A stretch of 64,000 nucleotides of DNA, from NCBI GenBank assembly GCA_040285745.1, contig JAUFOR010000003.1:62001-126000 (forward strand), in the 5' to 3' direction. Within the stretch, counting starts at the first letter, position 1. Each line of letters begins with the position of its first letter. Made by a program: the position numbers and the translations under genes. Source of the stretch: Barthelona sp. PCE (Eukaryota). Shown piece after piece: positions 43,201 to 51,539 of this stretch. The notes below the pieces were generated by a model. That model had not been told where the DNA came from. It did not search any database and worked only from the letters and a program-made list of their open reading frames with translations.

Positions 43201-43885
43201 CCGTCTTTACTCTATTGCTTCCTCCAACAAGTACACTTGTGAAGGCGAGACCAAGCTCGATCTTGAGCTTGTTTTCGGTGTCGTTACATACGAAACCAAG
43301 TCCGGTAAGACTTGCTTCGGTCGTACTGGTGCTTACATTGCTGATGTCGACCCCACTAAGGAAGATGTTTGGGTACCAGTCACTATCCACGAATCTCCTT
43401 ATACTCCTCCGGAGCTTGAGCGTCCTGTTATCTGTCTTTCAGTCGGTACAGGTATTGCTCCTAACCGTTCCGTTATTCAGGATCGTTCCGCCGAGGTTGC
43501 CAAGCACGGTATTGACAATGTCGCTAAGGTATTACTCTATCATGGTTGCAGATATTCCAAGAAGGATCACGTCTGTGCTGACTTCCTCAAGAAGTGTGAG
43601 GATGAGGGTTTCCTGATTGCTCACTACGCCTTCTCCCGTGATGATCCCAGCCGTCGTGTCTATCTCCCTGACGTTATCAAGGAGAACGCCGATGATTGTT
43701 TCAAGTTCCTCTATCAAGAGAAGGCAAAGGTTGTCTACTGTGGTGGTACCCGTATGGTTCCTGGCATTGTTAATGCTTTCAAGGAAGTTATTATGGATAA
43801 GGGCGGTCTCAGTGAGGCTGAAGCACAAAAGTGGCTCGATGATTATTCTGCTGAAGAAGAGAACTGGGTCTTTGAATCTTTCTAA
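40271..43885 (+). CDS. hydA: [FeFe]-hydrogenase fused to flavodoxin and FAD/NAD(P)H FNR-like domains (HydA-CysJ/CPR-like fusion)
   Basis: 2Fe-2S (CYMPRLPPSGHCRAC..C), two 4Fe-4S (CINCSRCVRSC, CIACGQCTTVC), H-cluster motifs TSCCPAW, MPCTAKKQE and EVMACPSGCISGGGQ; flavodoxin YATQTGNT/TFGMG; FNR RLYSIAS, GTGIAP, YCG. Confidence 0.95.
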   Translation: MSTTSSRYNHAKFQEIRKPPVVKINNDSGEKVSIKINNVDYEVPKEATIMEAAAINDINISRLCYMPRLPPSGHCRACVVEVEGIDDLPCSCATQVYEGMNIQTNTPKVRRAAAAALHKIQSSQRHAAESVNTANSEFERVLLNQDLSCVDHNDAIQIDSAKCINCSRCVRSCSAIQNLGILKMTEIQDNIGPRSVVTVNNPDLYLSESSCIACGQCTTVCPTAAITEVDDIERFYAARAAGKVCVVQTAPSVRVCVGEEAGMEAGLVTTGQMVSALRQLGFTYCFDTNYSADLTIMEEGTELIQRVTENILEPTPDARPLPMFTSCCPAWVNYVEKYRPDLIPNLSSCKSPMSMLSAILKTHFAEKLGKKPEDIYVVAIMPCTAKKQECIREQLGRDGYLDTDLVLTTREMGKMIRDNNIDFKNLPEENFDEAFAESSGAGAIFGASGGVMEAALRTAYEVLTQDKLEKVEFDAVRGFHGVREVTIPVPIKHNGQTINAEVCVAICGGIKAAQELVKGNISKYHFIEVMACPSGCISGGGQSLAQDADVYEKRRSAIYRIDDDLSAVRRSHENVTLMKLYKDWLGEPNGHKAHHLLHTHYHDHTAECKDRVKIEIDDSDVSDGFLLVYATQTGNTRDLATAMARKLACGAKVDLKAADDIHAMEMKKYRNIVLGTCTFGMGEIPAMGKAFFSQLKDLPEGFLEGHNVAIFGIGSTAYGGQFNKAGKDFEDAFVKTGCTFVVDRCIADEKIGYDTFINPWTDQLMEKFGIEEAVPVAPPEPRYRITVGLEQGVHGPPAGYTYVKMTKNERITPDDYDVDVRLVSFSLKDGEDYNTGLNYQSSYHLAIHPANPRDWVKDFMTKCYPTLDPEMIIVVTPVGSNPVIPGLDKGISITELFTRYLDIYDLAKRDFFKALAPFAKSASTRRRLLHLGSKEGAEELAELKKNSGYTYADAITEFADARPPLAWLVDVIPQIKPRLYSIASSNKYTCEGETKLDLELVFGVVTYETKSGKTCFGRTGAYIADVDPTKEDVWVPVTIHESPYTPPELERPVICLSVGTGIAPNRSVIQDRSAEVAKHGIDNVAKVLLYHGCRYSKKDHVCADFLKKCEDEGFLIAHYAFSRDDPSRRVYLPDVIKENADDCFKFLYQEKAKVVYCGGTRMVPGIVNAFKEVIMDKGGLSEAEAQKWLDDYSAEEENWVFESF

Positions 43886-43957
43886 GCATTATACTTTTTT
43901 CAATTCCCCATTCATTTTTTTCCTGTAGCACCCAAATAAATTAATATTATATTTTTA

Positions 43958-45463
43958 CTATGCAAATTCATCCAATTTCTTCATTAATTCAGCTATTCCT
44001 TGTTTAATTGCATCCATATCAAAAAGCATAGGATAAAATGGATTTATCTCATCTTCAAGTACCAAAATTCTACTATCCTTAGATATATCTCTTAAATATC
44101 GTTGTAAACATCTAAACAAACTCTGATCATTCTCTTTTGGGTAGTACCTTCGTGAATATGCTACTGTGAACTGTGTATTATCCAGTAATTTCCCTAAAAT
44201 TTCAGAACTTTGAGATATAACAGCTTCAAATCTTGTAAAGTCATAAAAACGACGAGAATAACCGATAGCCGAAGAGGAAAGCACACTTAATTCATAACAC
44301 AGGGATTCGAACTGGGTACAATCAAGATGAGGATAATTCTTTTGCTCATGACGAGCAAAAGGACTCAGAATATAATTCCAGAATATCTGCAAAAAAGTTT
44401 CTTTTTGCGGTAGATTGTGCCTCTCAAAGACATACTTTGCGTTTAAACACCAAGGAACATTCTTTTTTAACTCCTTCCAGCGGTATTCAAAAGGACTCCT
44501 AGCATTAACAAACATTAATGCAGCAGGTGATTTCTCAGGATAGTGGTCTAAAAGCTTGTGTATGAACATATCTGCCTCTCTATTTGCAACCAACACATAA
44601 AGATCATCACCAAAAGCCATATCTATTGCTTTTGCCAAATATTCCATACTCTCCTTTAAGAAATCAGCCTCAACCTGAGTGACAAACGACTCGTGTCCGT
44701 AACCTGGTCGGTCAAATATGCAAACACGCCATCTGCTGTCATTAACCATACTCTGCATCAGAGGATAGAAAAGCATGGAGTCAGTGTATAACCCTGGGTC
44801 AATGAGCACGTTTTGAGTCGTGTAGTCGATAGGGTTGGTTGGTCGTGGTGTGCAGACTAAAAACGACGTTTTAATCAATCCATAGGTTTCGTGCATGTTA
44901 AAATCTGACTTTCTATTTAAATATGATGTTTGTATCTGTTGAAAACCGCCTATAAGGAGAGCCAAAAGCACAAATATACTCAATATTAAATGAAATACAA
45001 TTAGAGTTCTGCTTTTTCGATCAATCTTTAAAGCATCTTTTTTCTCAACCAGATTGGTCAGAGTGGCCTTCATTTTTGTGTATAGATACCAATATGGTAT
45101 AATGCTAATAATATGGAAAACAAGCGTAATAAAATAAAAAAAATTTGCTAGTATTCCTATATCCCATGAAGTAACACTGACAATTTCTGACAGCAACCAT
45201 ACAATGTTCATGAATGTGATGAAAAAATTTATAAGCAAGAAAGTACGCTGGAGAACTGTTGAATTTCTTGTATAGAACAATTGCATGTTGAAGATGATTA
45301 GGGAAATGAATCCAATGACACCTAGCATGCAGAAAAAGGTTGCTACAATGAGCCAAGATATTAATGTGAGGAAACCCGAAAAAACCAGAAGCCCCAGTGC
45401 CGTTGCGCTCATAACGTAGATGGCTTCGTCTGGAGTAACCAGGTGTGTGTATTTAATATTCAT
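43958..45463 (-). CDS. Multi-pass membrane protein with a C-terminal alpha/beta-hydrolase-like domain (degenerate active site)
   Basis: About five N-terminal TM helices, then VLIDPGL...RVCIFDRPGYGHE; the nucleophile-elbow position reads LVANREAD. Alternative start at 45523. Confidence 0.65.
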   Translation of the reverse strand: MNIKYTHLVTPDEAIYVMSATALGLLVFSGFLTLISWLIVATFFCMLGVIGFISLIIFNMQLFYTRNSTVLQRTFLLINFFITFMNIVWLLSEIVSVTSWDIGILANFFYFITLVFHIISIIPYWYLYTKMKATLTNLVEKKDALKIDRKSRTLIVFHLILSIFVLLALLIGGFQQIQTSYLNRKSDFNMHETYGLIKTSFLVCTPRPTNPIDYTTQNVLIDPGLYTDSMLFYPLMQSMVNDSRWRVCIFDRPGYGHESFVTQVEADFLKESMEYLAKAIDMAFGDDLYVLVANREADMFIHKLLDHYPEKSPAALMFVNARSPFEYRWKELKKNVPWCLNAKYVFERHNLPQKETFLQIFWNYILSPFARHEQKNYPHLDCTQFESLCYELSVLSSSAIGYSRRFYDFTRFEAVISQSSEILGKLLDNTQFTVAYSRRYYPKENDQSLFRCLQRYLRDISKDSRILVLEDEINPFYPMLFDMDAIKQGIAELMKKLDEFA

Positions 45464-45553
45464 AACTGAAAAAACTATGACATTGGACAGGGCAGAAATT
45501 TGTATTCGACTTTTTATTTTCATTCCTCTTCTTTTGGGCTTGATATTGGGTTA

Positions 45554-45973
45554 ATGTTAAAGAAGCTTGTATCTTTTTTGTTCAAAGAGGCTGATATTAC
45601 GCAAGATGATATTTCTACCATACTTTCAGACACATTCTCTTCGAATTACACCAGAACCAACAACACGCATGAGACAGTTAACGTGTTACAATACAGGAAA
45701 CTAACATCAAAGGAAAGTTATGAATTGCAACAACTCAATTTACATGTTCCTCTTGTTCAATTACGTCAACGCCGGCGGAAAACCCTCATGAATCTTGCGT
45801 TCGATGACTACATTAAACCTTCTTCAAAAGGAACTCTTACACGACAAGAAAAATCATTATTGCGTCGAGTTTTCAATGGTTTTCACAGTACCTGTGATGT
45901 TGTGGAACAATTGATGATGACTCGTAAGAACCATATTAAAGAACTTCCAAATATTCCATACCCAACAAGATAA
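45554..45973 (+). CDS. Hypothetical protein
   Basis: ATG ORF of 139 aa filling the space between two minus-strand genes. Confidence 0.6.
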   Translation: MLKKLVSFLFKEADITQDDISTILSDTFSSNYTRTNNTHETVNVLQYRKLTSKESYELQQLNLHVPLVQLRQRRRKTLMNLAFDDYIKPSSKGTLTRQEKSLLRRVFNGFHSTCDVVEQLMMTRKNHIKELPNIPYPTR

Positions 45974-45991
45974 CTTTTATTCATCATGTTA

Positions 45992-46420
45992 TTAAACACG
46001 AAGCATAACGTAGATCCTTGAATCCAACGTGAAGTTAGGCAGCTTAGCCTTATTGCCCTTAATTGTTACAATAAGACCACCGCATGAAATTAAGACGGTT
46101 AGGAGATTATCATTATCCTTATCTGTAGCAAACTTGAAACAAGTACCGTACATGACGTAATCGTAATCCTGAAGGATTGATGGTTGATCTGACTCAATGT
46201 ATTCAACAGGTGTACTGTCAAGAAGTAAATTAATCGACAATTCTGTGTTGGGTCGCACCTTAAATAGTTCTGCGTGGATGTCCATAATCATCTCAACACG
46301 CTCAGATGGATCACCAACTTCTCGTAGATGTAAACGACTGACTTTATCAAATTTCCTTCCATTAGGATCGATTTCAACAACTCTGAATGTGCCGTCGAGT
46401 AGGGATGCGTATGAAGCCAT
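45992..46420 (-). CDS. RPB8: RNA polymerase I/II/III shared subunit RPABC3
   Basis: IDPNGRKFDKVSRL, DYDYVMYGTCFK, ISCGGL, RIYVMLR. Confidence 0.93.
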   Translation of the reverse strand: MASYASLLDGTFRVVEIDPNGRKFDKVSRLHLREVGDPSERVEMIMDIHAELFKVRPNTELSINLLLDSTPVEYIESDQPSILQDYDYVMYGTCFKFATDKDNDNLLTVLISCGGLIVTIKGNKAKLPNFTLDSRIYVMLRV

Positions 46421-46529
46421 GATTTAGATGTGTGTTAAGTGTGTAAAAGGTAGAGAAACTGGCTACAAAATAATTCTTTTTACATATCGTTATACCTTTT
46501 TACACTATTTTCACACATACAAACATGCG

Positions 46530-47162
46530 ATGGATGATAACACCACTGCAAAGAAAGCCTCAGCTATTCGCTCTGTGCCTTTAGAACAGGAAGATATTGA
46601 ATTATTTACATATCGACCTGAAATGGAGGAACCTAGAGCTGTTTTGATGGCCGGGTACTTGTATAAGCGGGGAACCAGACGGAAAAATTGGCGAAAACGA
46701 TGGTTTGAAATAACATTTCATGAGTTGCGATACTCAAAATCTCCTAATGATGCTAAAAATAATGTTTTTTTGAATGTTCTGAACCTAGAACGTGCTGTGT
46801 ATGAACGGCTGAACACATTTGATGGTAAAAATAACGCGTTTGTTGTTCGTACCCCAGGCCGTGATTTATATATGAGTGGTGTTACATTAGATGATCTCTT
46901 TGGGTGGGAGGCGGCTGTACAGTATGTATTGCAAAAAAATCCACTTTTACTACGTGATATTGATAGTTTTGAATTTGGCTTCATGCATGCTTTTTATAAG
47001 TGTGTTTGTGGTGTTAGAACAGATAACGTTGTGCCGGCTGTATTGAATAATATGCATTTTTATGATAGCGATGATGACGATGATGCTGAAACACATCGTA
47101 TAACAAAAAAGGAGGTTCAAACATTGAATCCTCTTCATAGACTTCGTCGTCGTAAAAAATAG
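46530..47162 (+). CDS. PH-domain protein
   Basis: AGYLYKRGTRRKNWRKRWFEI...FVVRTPGRDLYM...WEAAVQ, a typical PH fold with a basic phosphoinositide-binding signature. Confidence 0.85.
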   Translation: MDDNTTAKKASAIRSVPLEQEDIELFTYRPEMEEPRAVLMAGYLYKRGTRRKNWRKRWFEITFHELRYSKSPNDAKNNVFLNVLNLERAVYERLNTFDGKNNAFVVRTPGRDLYMSGVTLDDLFGWEAAVQYVLQKNPLLLRDIDSFEFGFMHAFYKCVCGVRTDNVVPAVLNNMHFYDSDDDDDAETHRITKKEVQTLNPLHRLRRRKK

Positions 47163-47181
47163 TTAAAAAAGAATTAATTTA

Positions 47182-49077
47182 TTAAATTTGGAACTCGTCA
47201 TTTTGTAACTTAACCATTGCTTTCTGAATATCACCAAAATACTCACGAGCAATCTGATGACGACGTAGCTTCAATGTAGGTGTAACCAAACCTTCAGCAA
47301 TAGTAAAAGCCTTAACACGAATAACACGACGAGGGAGCCAGAAGGAAGGATAACGTAACTCACGACCCTTTGCGTGGACCTTTGTCAACAATTCCGTATC
47401 ATCCTCAGGCGTATTATCGTTGGGGACAATGAGAACAACAGGATAACGTACAGTTGAATCGCCATAAATCATCCTCTGCTCAGTAAAAGCATCGAACAAT
47501 TCTTCAATCTTTGTTGAGGGACAATATTCGCCTTGTGCCAACTTGAAGATGTGCTTCTTACGTCCAACAATCTGGACAAAGTGGCTTTCATCGTTGAGGT
47601 TATACTCTGCAATATCACCTGTCAATAACCAACCATCTGGACCTGTCTCACCAACAACTGAGGGACCGCGAATGCAAATCTCACCGCGAATAATACCGTT
47701 CTCCTCATCAAATGTGTGCTGAGTTTCTAGAGACTCGACAATCTTACTCTCAACCATGTAACCACCAATACCAATGTCTGTAGTCGTCTGGTCAGCGAGC
47801 GGGGATGCGTAGATACCTGCGCACGTCTCAGAGAGACCATAACCCATGGAGACCTTTGTTCCCAGAACGCAACGCAGGAAGTTAGCACAGTCGCAGTTGA
47901 GTGCAGCGCCACCAATCATCATGACTCGGAGCTGTCCACCGAACTTCGCTCGAATACTACCGACACCGAGATCCAATGGGTCCTCTCCTTCAAGGAGACG
48001 ACGGTGCAGACGACCATAGATAAAACCAAAGATCATACGGCCAATACAGTTGAGATCGCGAACACCTGTTCTGATTTTCTCTTCAAAACGCTCCATGACA
48101 CGGGGGACGCCCTCGAGAAGAGTGGGCTCTGCAGACATTAGATCATCGCTAAGTCCATTTAGATCTCCTGACCAGAACATGACGCGACCACCCATCAACA
48201 AGATGAGGTTAAGACACTGCATACCAATAACGTGTGCGAGTGGGAGGTAGCTCAGTGCAGTTGGTCTACCGAGCTCGGTGTGACGAAGACCATCAGGGTG
48301 CATGTGAACTGCACCAATAACTGCAGCATGATAGAGAGCGTCCTGACCGACTGGAATGATCTTTGGTGTTCCCGTTGTTCCGCTGGAGAACATCTCGAGA
48401 ATGACAGCGTTAACAGGTAATTCAGTCAAATCTTCAACATTAAGTGTGAAATTCTCAAAAGCCTCGGGACTAAAATCCATGATCTCAGATTCAGTTGGGG
48501 ACAATACTGTTTTAATATAGTAATGACGGAACGCCTTGAATTCGTCAAGGATATCAGGTGCCTCCTCAAATAAGGGTGAATCCTTCTCGACGAAAACAGC
48601 AAAGGGTTGTACCTCAGCAAGGATCTCAGCGACAAAGGGCTTGAAGATCGAAGTGTAGACAGGGACCATGATGTATCCGTACAAACAGCACATCATGTAA
48701 ATGATGAGGTAACTAACACTGTTACCACTGAAAACCAACATACGTGATCCAATTTCAGCACCTTCATCTTGCAAGCGCTTACCCAGAAGAAGAGCACGGT
48801 TCTTTAACTCGGTCATCGTTAAATAAACCGGTTCCGCACCTGGAGAAGGACGCTCACCAGCAATAGAAACATCAGGGTATTGTTTGAAAATGTATCGGAG
48901 CATTTCATTAATAGTTTTGAGTGCGTCGAACTCTGGAACTCCACCGTTGGCAGTGTTAATTGGTAAAATATACTCTTTAGGCAAAACAGTATCTTCAGGT
49001 TGAACAGGGGTTGTTTCAGTGACATTAGGCTGTTCCTCTTCGGATTCCATACGAACAATAACTTCTTGTTCAGACAT
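47182..49077 (-). CDS. Long-chain fatty acyl-CoA synthetase (ANL adenylating family)
   Basis: FSSGTTGTPK, SYLPLAH, GYGLSE, GWLLTGD, GRKKHIFKLAQGEY, GLVTPTLKLRR. Confidence 0.9.
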   Translation of the reverse strand: MSEQEVIVRMESEEEQPNVTETTPVQPEDTVLPKEYILPINTANGGVPEFDALKTINEMLRYIFKQYPDVSIAGERPSPGAEPVYLTMTELKNRALLLGKRLQDEGAEIGSRMLVFSGNSVSYLIIYMMCCLYGYIMVPVYTSIFKPFVAEILAEVQPFAVFVEKDSPLFEEAPDILDEFKAFRHYYIKTVLSPTESEIMDFSPEAFENFTLNVEDLTELPVNAVILEMFSSGTTGTPKIIPVGQDALYHAAVIGAVHMHPDGLRHTELGRPTALSYLPLAHVIGMQCLNLILLMGGRVMFWSGDLNGLSDDLMSAEPTLLEGVPRVMERFEEKIRTGVRDLNCIGRMIFGFIYGRLHRRLLEGEDPLDLGVGSIRAKFGGQLRVMMIGGAALNCDCANFLRCVLGTKVSMGYGLSETCAGIYASPLADQTTTDIGIGGYMVESKIVESLETQHTFDEENGIIRGEICIRGPSVVGETGPDGWLLTGDIAEYNLNDESHFVQIVGRKKHIFKLAQGEYCPSTKIEELFDAFTEQRMIYGDSTVRYPVVLIVPNDNTPEDDTELLTKVHAKGRELRYPSFWLPRRVIRVKAFTIAEGLVTPTLKLRRHQIAREYFGDIQKAMVKLQNDEFQI

Positions 49078-49363
49078 TTTTAAATAGAAAGGGTAGAAAA
49101 ACTAGTTTCATGCACATCTGCACATTTATTCAAATATTAAACCCCATATGTGGTCCACTATTTATATTCCTGCCTGCTAAATTGTGCCACAAAGCAGAAA
49201 AACGTTAGCGGTTTTTAATTGGATTACCCGGTTTTGGATCTGTAAATAGCCATAGATTTTGTTTGACTATATGGAGTACACATACACTTTCTGTTGATGT
49301 AAACATCATAAAAATCTACAATTACTACAGTTGGATTTACATCTTTTAAAACTTCTAAATCAG

Positions 49364-50206
49364 CTATTCTTGAACTTGTTCTGCCTTAGGTTCCATTTCT
49401 TCAGACTCATTACTTGACATTTCAGACTCTGAACTCACTAAAAGATGTGCAGCAGCCATTTTGGCACGTGTTTTTTTAGCATACTTTCCTAGCCTCATTT
49501 TCTTCGAATACTTCTTCATGAACTTGTTCAGCAACCATCCTGCACCGAACCCAATCAACGGAAACGACCATTTTGATACAACAGACACAAGCGTCCCTGT
49601 GGAAATAAATCTTGTGAAGCGATCGCCTTTTGACGGACTCAATAATGAATCCATTGCAAAGAAGCTTGTGTACACGTCAAATCCTATGAACAACAAATGA
49701 TCTACATGCAATGGCCAAGTTATATGTGTGGACAAGTCATGATCCTCCTTATTAAACCGAAGGACAACTTTCTCGTTGCGAAGATACTCAATGCATCCAT
49801 GCTCATCCTTACTGGTTAAAAGCTGATTTATATCGATCATGTCCAGTTGACGAAGTGTTTCTTCTGTCAACAAATGAAAGTCTTCAAGCATTGTATATAC
49901 GACAGGACTCTCAACAATACAAGTTCGTCTTACAAACAAGCTGTTAATTACATTGGCGATCTCTTCCCCAACAATGGGTAACTGAACTACAACAATAAGC
50001 TCAGTGTTGCCAAATGTGAGTACTCTTATTCCCTCATCCATATAAACACTACATGCAAAGAACGGGTACTCTTTGAGTTGTTTAACCAGAGACTTGACCA
50101 ATGCTGTGACTTCTTTGCTTGTCACGTCTGATTCCTGGTGATTAATTGTATAAATATGTGTCTTCTCTTTTTCTGAGTAATTAATGAATAGATCCAAGTA
50201 TGACAT
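49364..50206 (-). CDS. Degenerate DEDDy (WRN/RNase D-like) 3'-5' exonuclease-fold protein with a C-terminal hydrophobic segment
   Basis: MIDINQL and NKEDHDLSTHITWPLHVDHLLFIGFDVYTS resemble the xDL and K..SxW..RPL..Q..YAAxDAY motifs. The Exo I position (FFACSVY) lacks D-x-E. Confidence 0.5.
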   Translation of the reverse strand: MSYLDLFINYSEKEKTHIYTINHQESDVTSKEVTALVKSLVKQLKEYPFFACSVYMDEGIRVLTFGNTELIVVVQLPIVGEEIANVINSLFVRRTCIVESPVVYTMLEDFHLLTEETLRQLDMIDINQLLTSKDEHGCIEYLRNEKVVLRFNKEDHDLSTHITWPLHVDHLLFIGFDVYTSFFAMDSLLSPSKGDRFTRFISTGTLVSVVSKWSFPLIGFGAGWLLNKFMKKYSKKMRLGKYAKKTRAKMAAAHLLVSSESEMSSNESEEMEPKAEQVQE

Positions 50207-50299
50207 GATAGAAAAAAGCTAAACTTGCCCTTGAAAAGAGAGAGAATTCTATAAACGCTCAAACAACCTTTCCCATTTGCTCAAACATAAATTTTGTTG

Positions 50300-51535
50300 A
50301 TGATAACAAATTCATACAGGGCTCTCTTGGTAGAGGACGATTTCAGGACTATAAACAAAGATGCATTTGAACAAACCTCAAAAATTCTTTTTTTGATCGT
50401 CAGCAAGCCGAACACCCAAAAGCTACTTAAAATCATTCGTAGCCATGGGTCATTCTTCACTGCACGCAACTTTAAGGGCATCAGACCATATCCAGAAGAC
50501 TCCTCAATGATGGAAATTGCAGTGAACGATACTTATCATTCTCTCACTGAGGAGCAAAAAAGCAAGTTTGCAAACATGGTTGTGGATGAAGTTGAGCATG
50601 ATTGCACGTTTGGATATGAACAGCTAACGTATCACCAGATTATGAGACAAATTTTACCAGAAAACGTCATTGTGCCAACTGGTTTCGAACTTATTGGTGA
50701 TATAGCGCACTTTAACCTGAATGACGAGCAACTAAAGTATAAATATATTATTGCTGAAGTCCTTATGAATAAGAACAATGTTATCAAAACTGTTATCAAC
50801 AAGACTGCATCAATTTCTAATGAGTTTCGAGTGTATCCACATGAACATCTGGGCGGCATTGAGAATACAGTGACTCGGGTGAAAGAGCAAAGGTGTGTTT
50901 TCAACGTTGATGTGTCTAAAGTTTATTGGAATTCGAGACTATCTCATTGTCATGAGATTGTTGTAGAAAAAGTGAAACCCGTTGATATTCTTATTGATAT
51001 GTTCTGTGGTATTGGTCCTTTTGCTATTCCTGCTGCTAAAAAAGGTAGTTTAGTATTTGCTAATGATTTAAATCCAGAATCTATCGATTTATTGCGAAAA
51101 AACAAGATTTCAAACAAAATTGGTCCAAACCTCAATATTTATAACTTGGACGCCAGAGAGTTTATAACAAATTTGTTCAATAGTAAGGAAAAGGACTTGA
51201 TGCTCAACAAAACTGTGCATTTTGTTCTTAATCTTCCTGCTTTGAGCGTAGAGTTCCTTGACTGTCTTGTGAATACAATTGATATCACTACAAATGCTGT
51301 GATTCATGTATTTGCTTTCAGTTCAGATCCAGAAAGCTTTTTTGTGAAGGATGTTGAGAAAAGAAGCATGGAATTTTTGCAGTGTGATACATTAACCGTC
51401 CTTGAAGGCAAACCAATGAGAATGGTATCATTATCAAAAGCATACGTATATCTGTCGTTTGAAGGGCCACGAACAATGGTTCGCCATCAAGACCAAGCAA
51501 CTGAGGAACCAATAACAAAGTCGCAAACCCTATGA
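50300..51535 (+). CDS. TRM5: tRNA (guanine-37-N1) methyltransferase
   Basis: PTGFELIGDIAHFNL, KVYWNSRL, DMFCGIGPFAIPAAKKG, ANDLNP, HFVLNLP. Confidence 0.95.
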   Translation: MITNSYRALLVEDDFRTINKDAFEQTSKILFLIVSKPNTQKLLKIIRSHGSFFTARNFKGIRPYPEDSSMMEIAVNDTYHSLTEEQKSKFANMVVDEVEHDCTFGYEQLTYHQIMRQILPENVIVPTGFELIGDIAHFNLNDEQLKYKYIIAEVLMNKNNVIKTVINKTASISNEFRVYPHEHLGGIENTVTRVKEQRCVFNVDVSKVYWNSRLSHCHEIVVEKVKPVDILIDMFCGIGPFAIPAAKKGSLVFANDLNPESIDLLRKNKISNKIGPNLNIYNLDAREFITNLFNSKEKDLMLNKTVHFVLNLPALSVEFLDCLVNTIDITTNAVIHVFAFSSDPESFFVKDVEKRSMEFLQCDTLTVLEGKPMRMVSLSKAYVYLSFEGPRTMVRHQDQATEEPITKSQTL

Positions 51536-51539
51536 TTGT

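Noticed and set aside
40842-43928. Long alternative-frame and antisense ORFs inside the hydrogenase gene (similar ones inside PDI and AMP deaminase)
   Set aside because: Shadow ORFs produced by strong codon bias; Leu/Ser/Val-rich translations without motifs.
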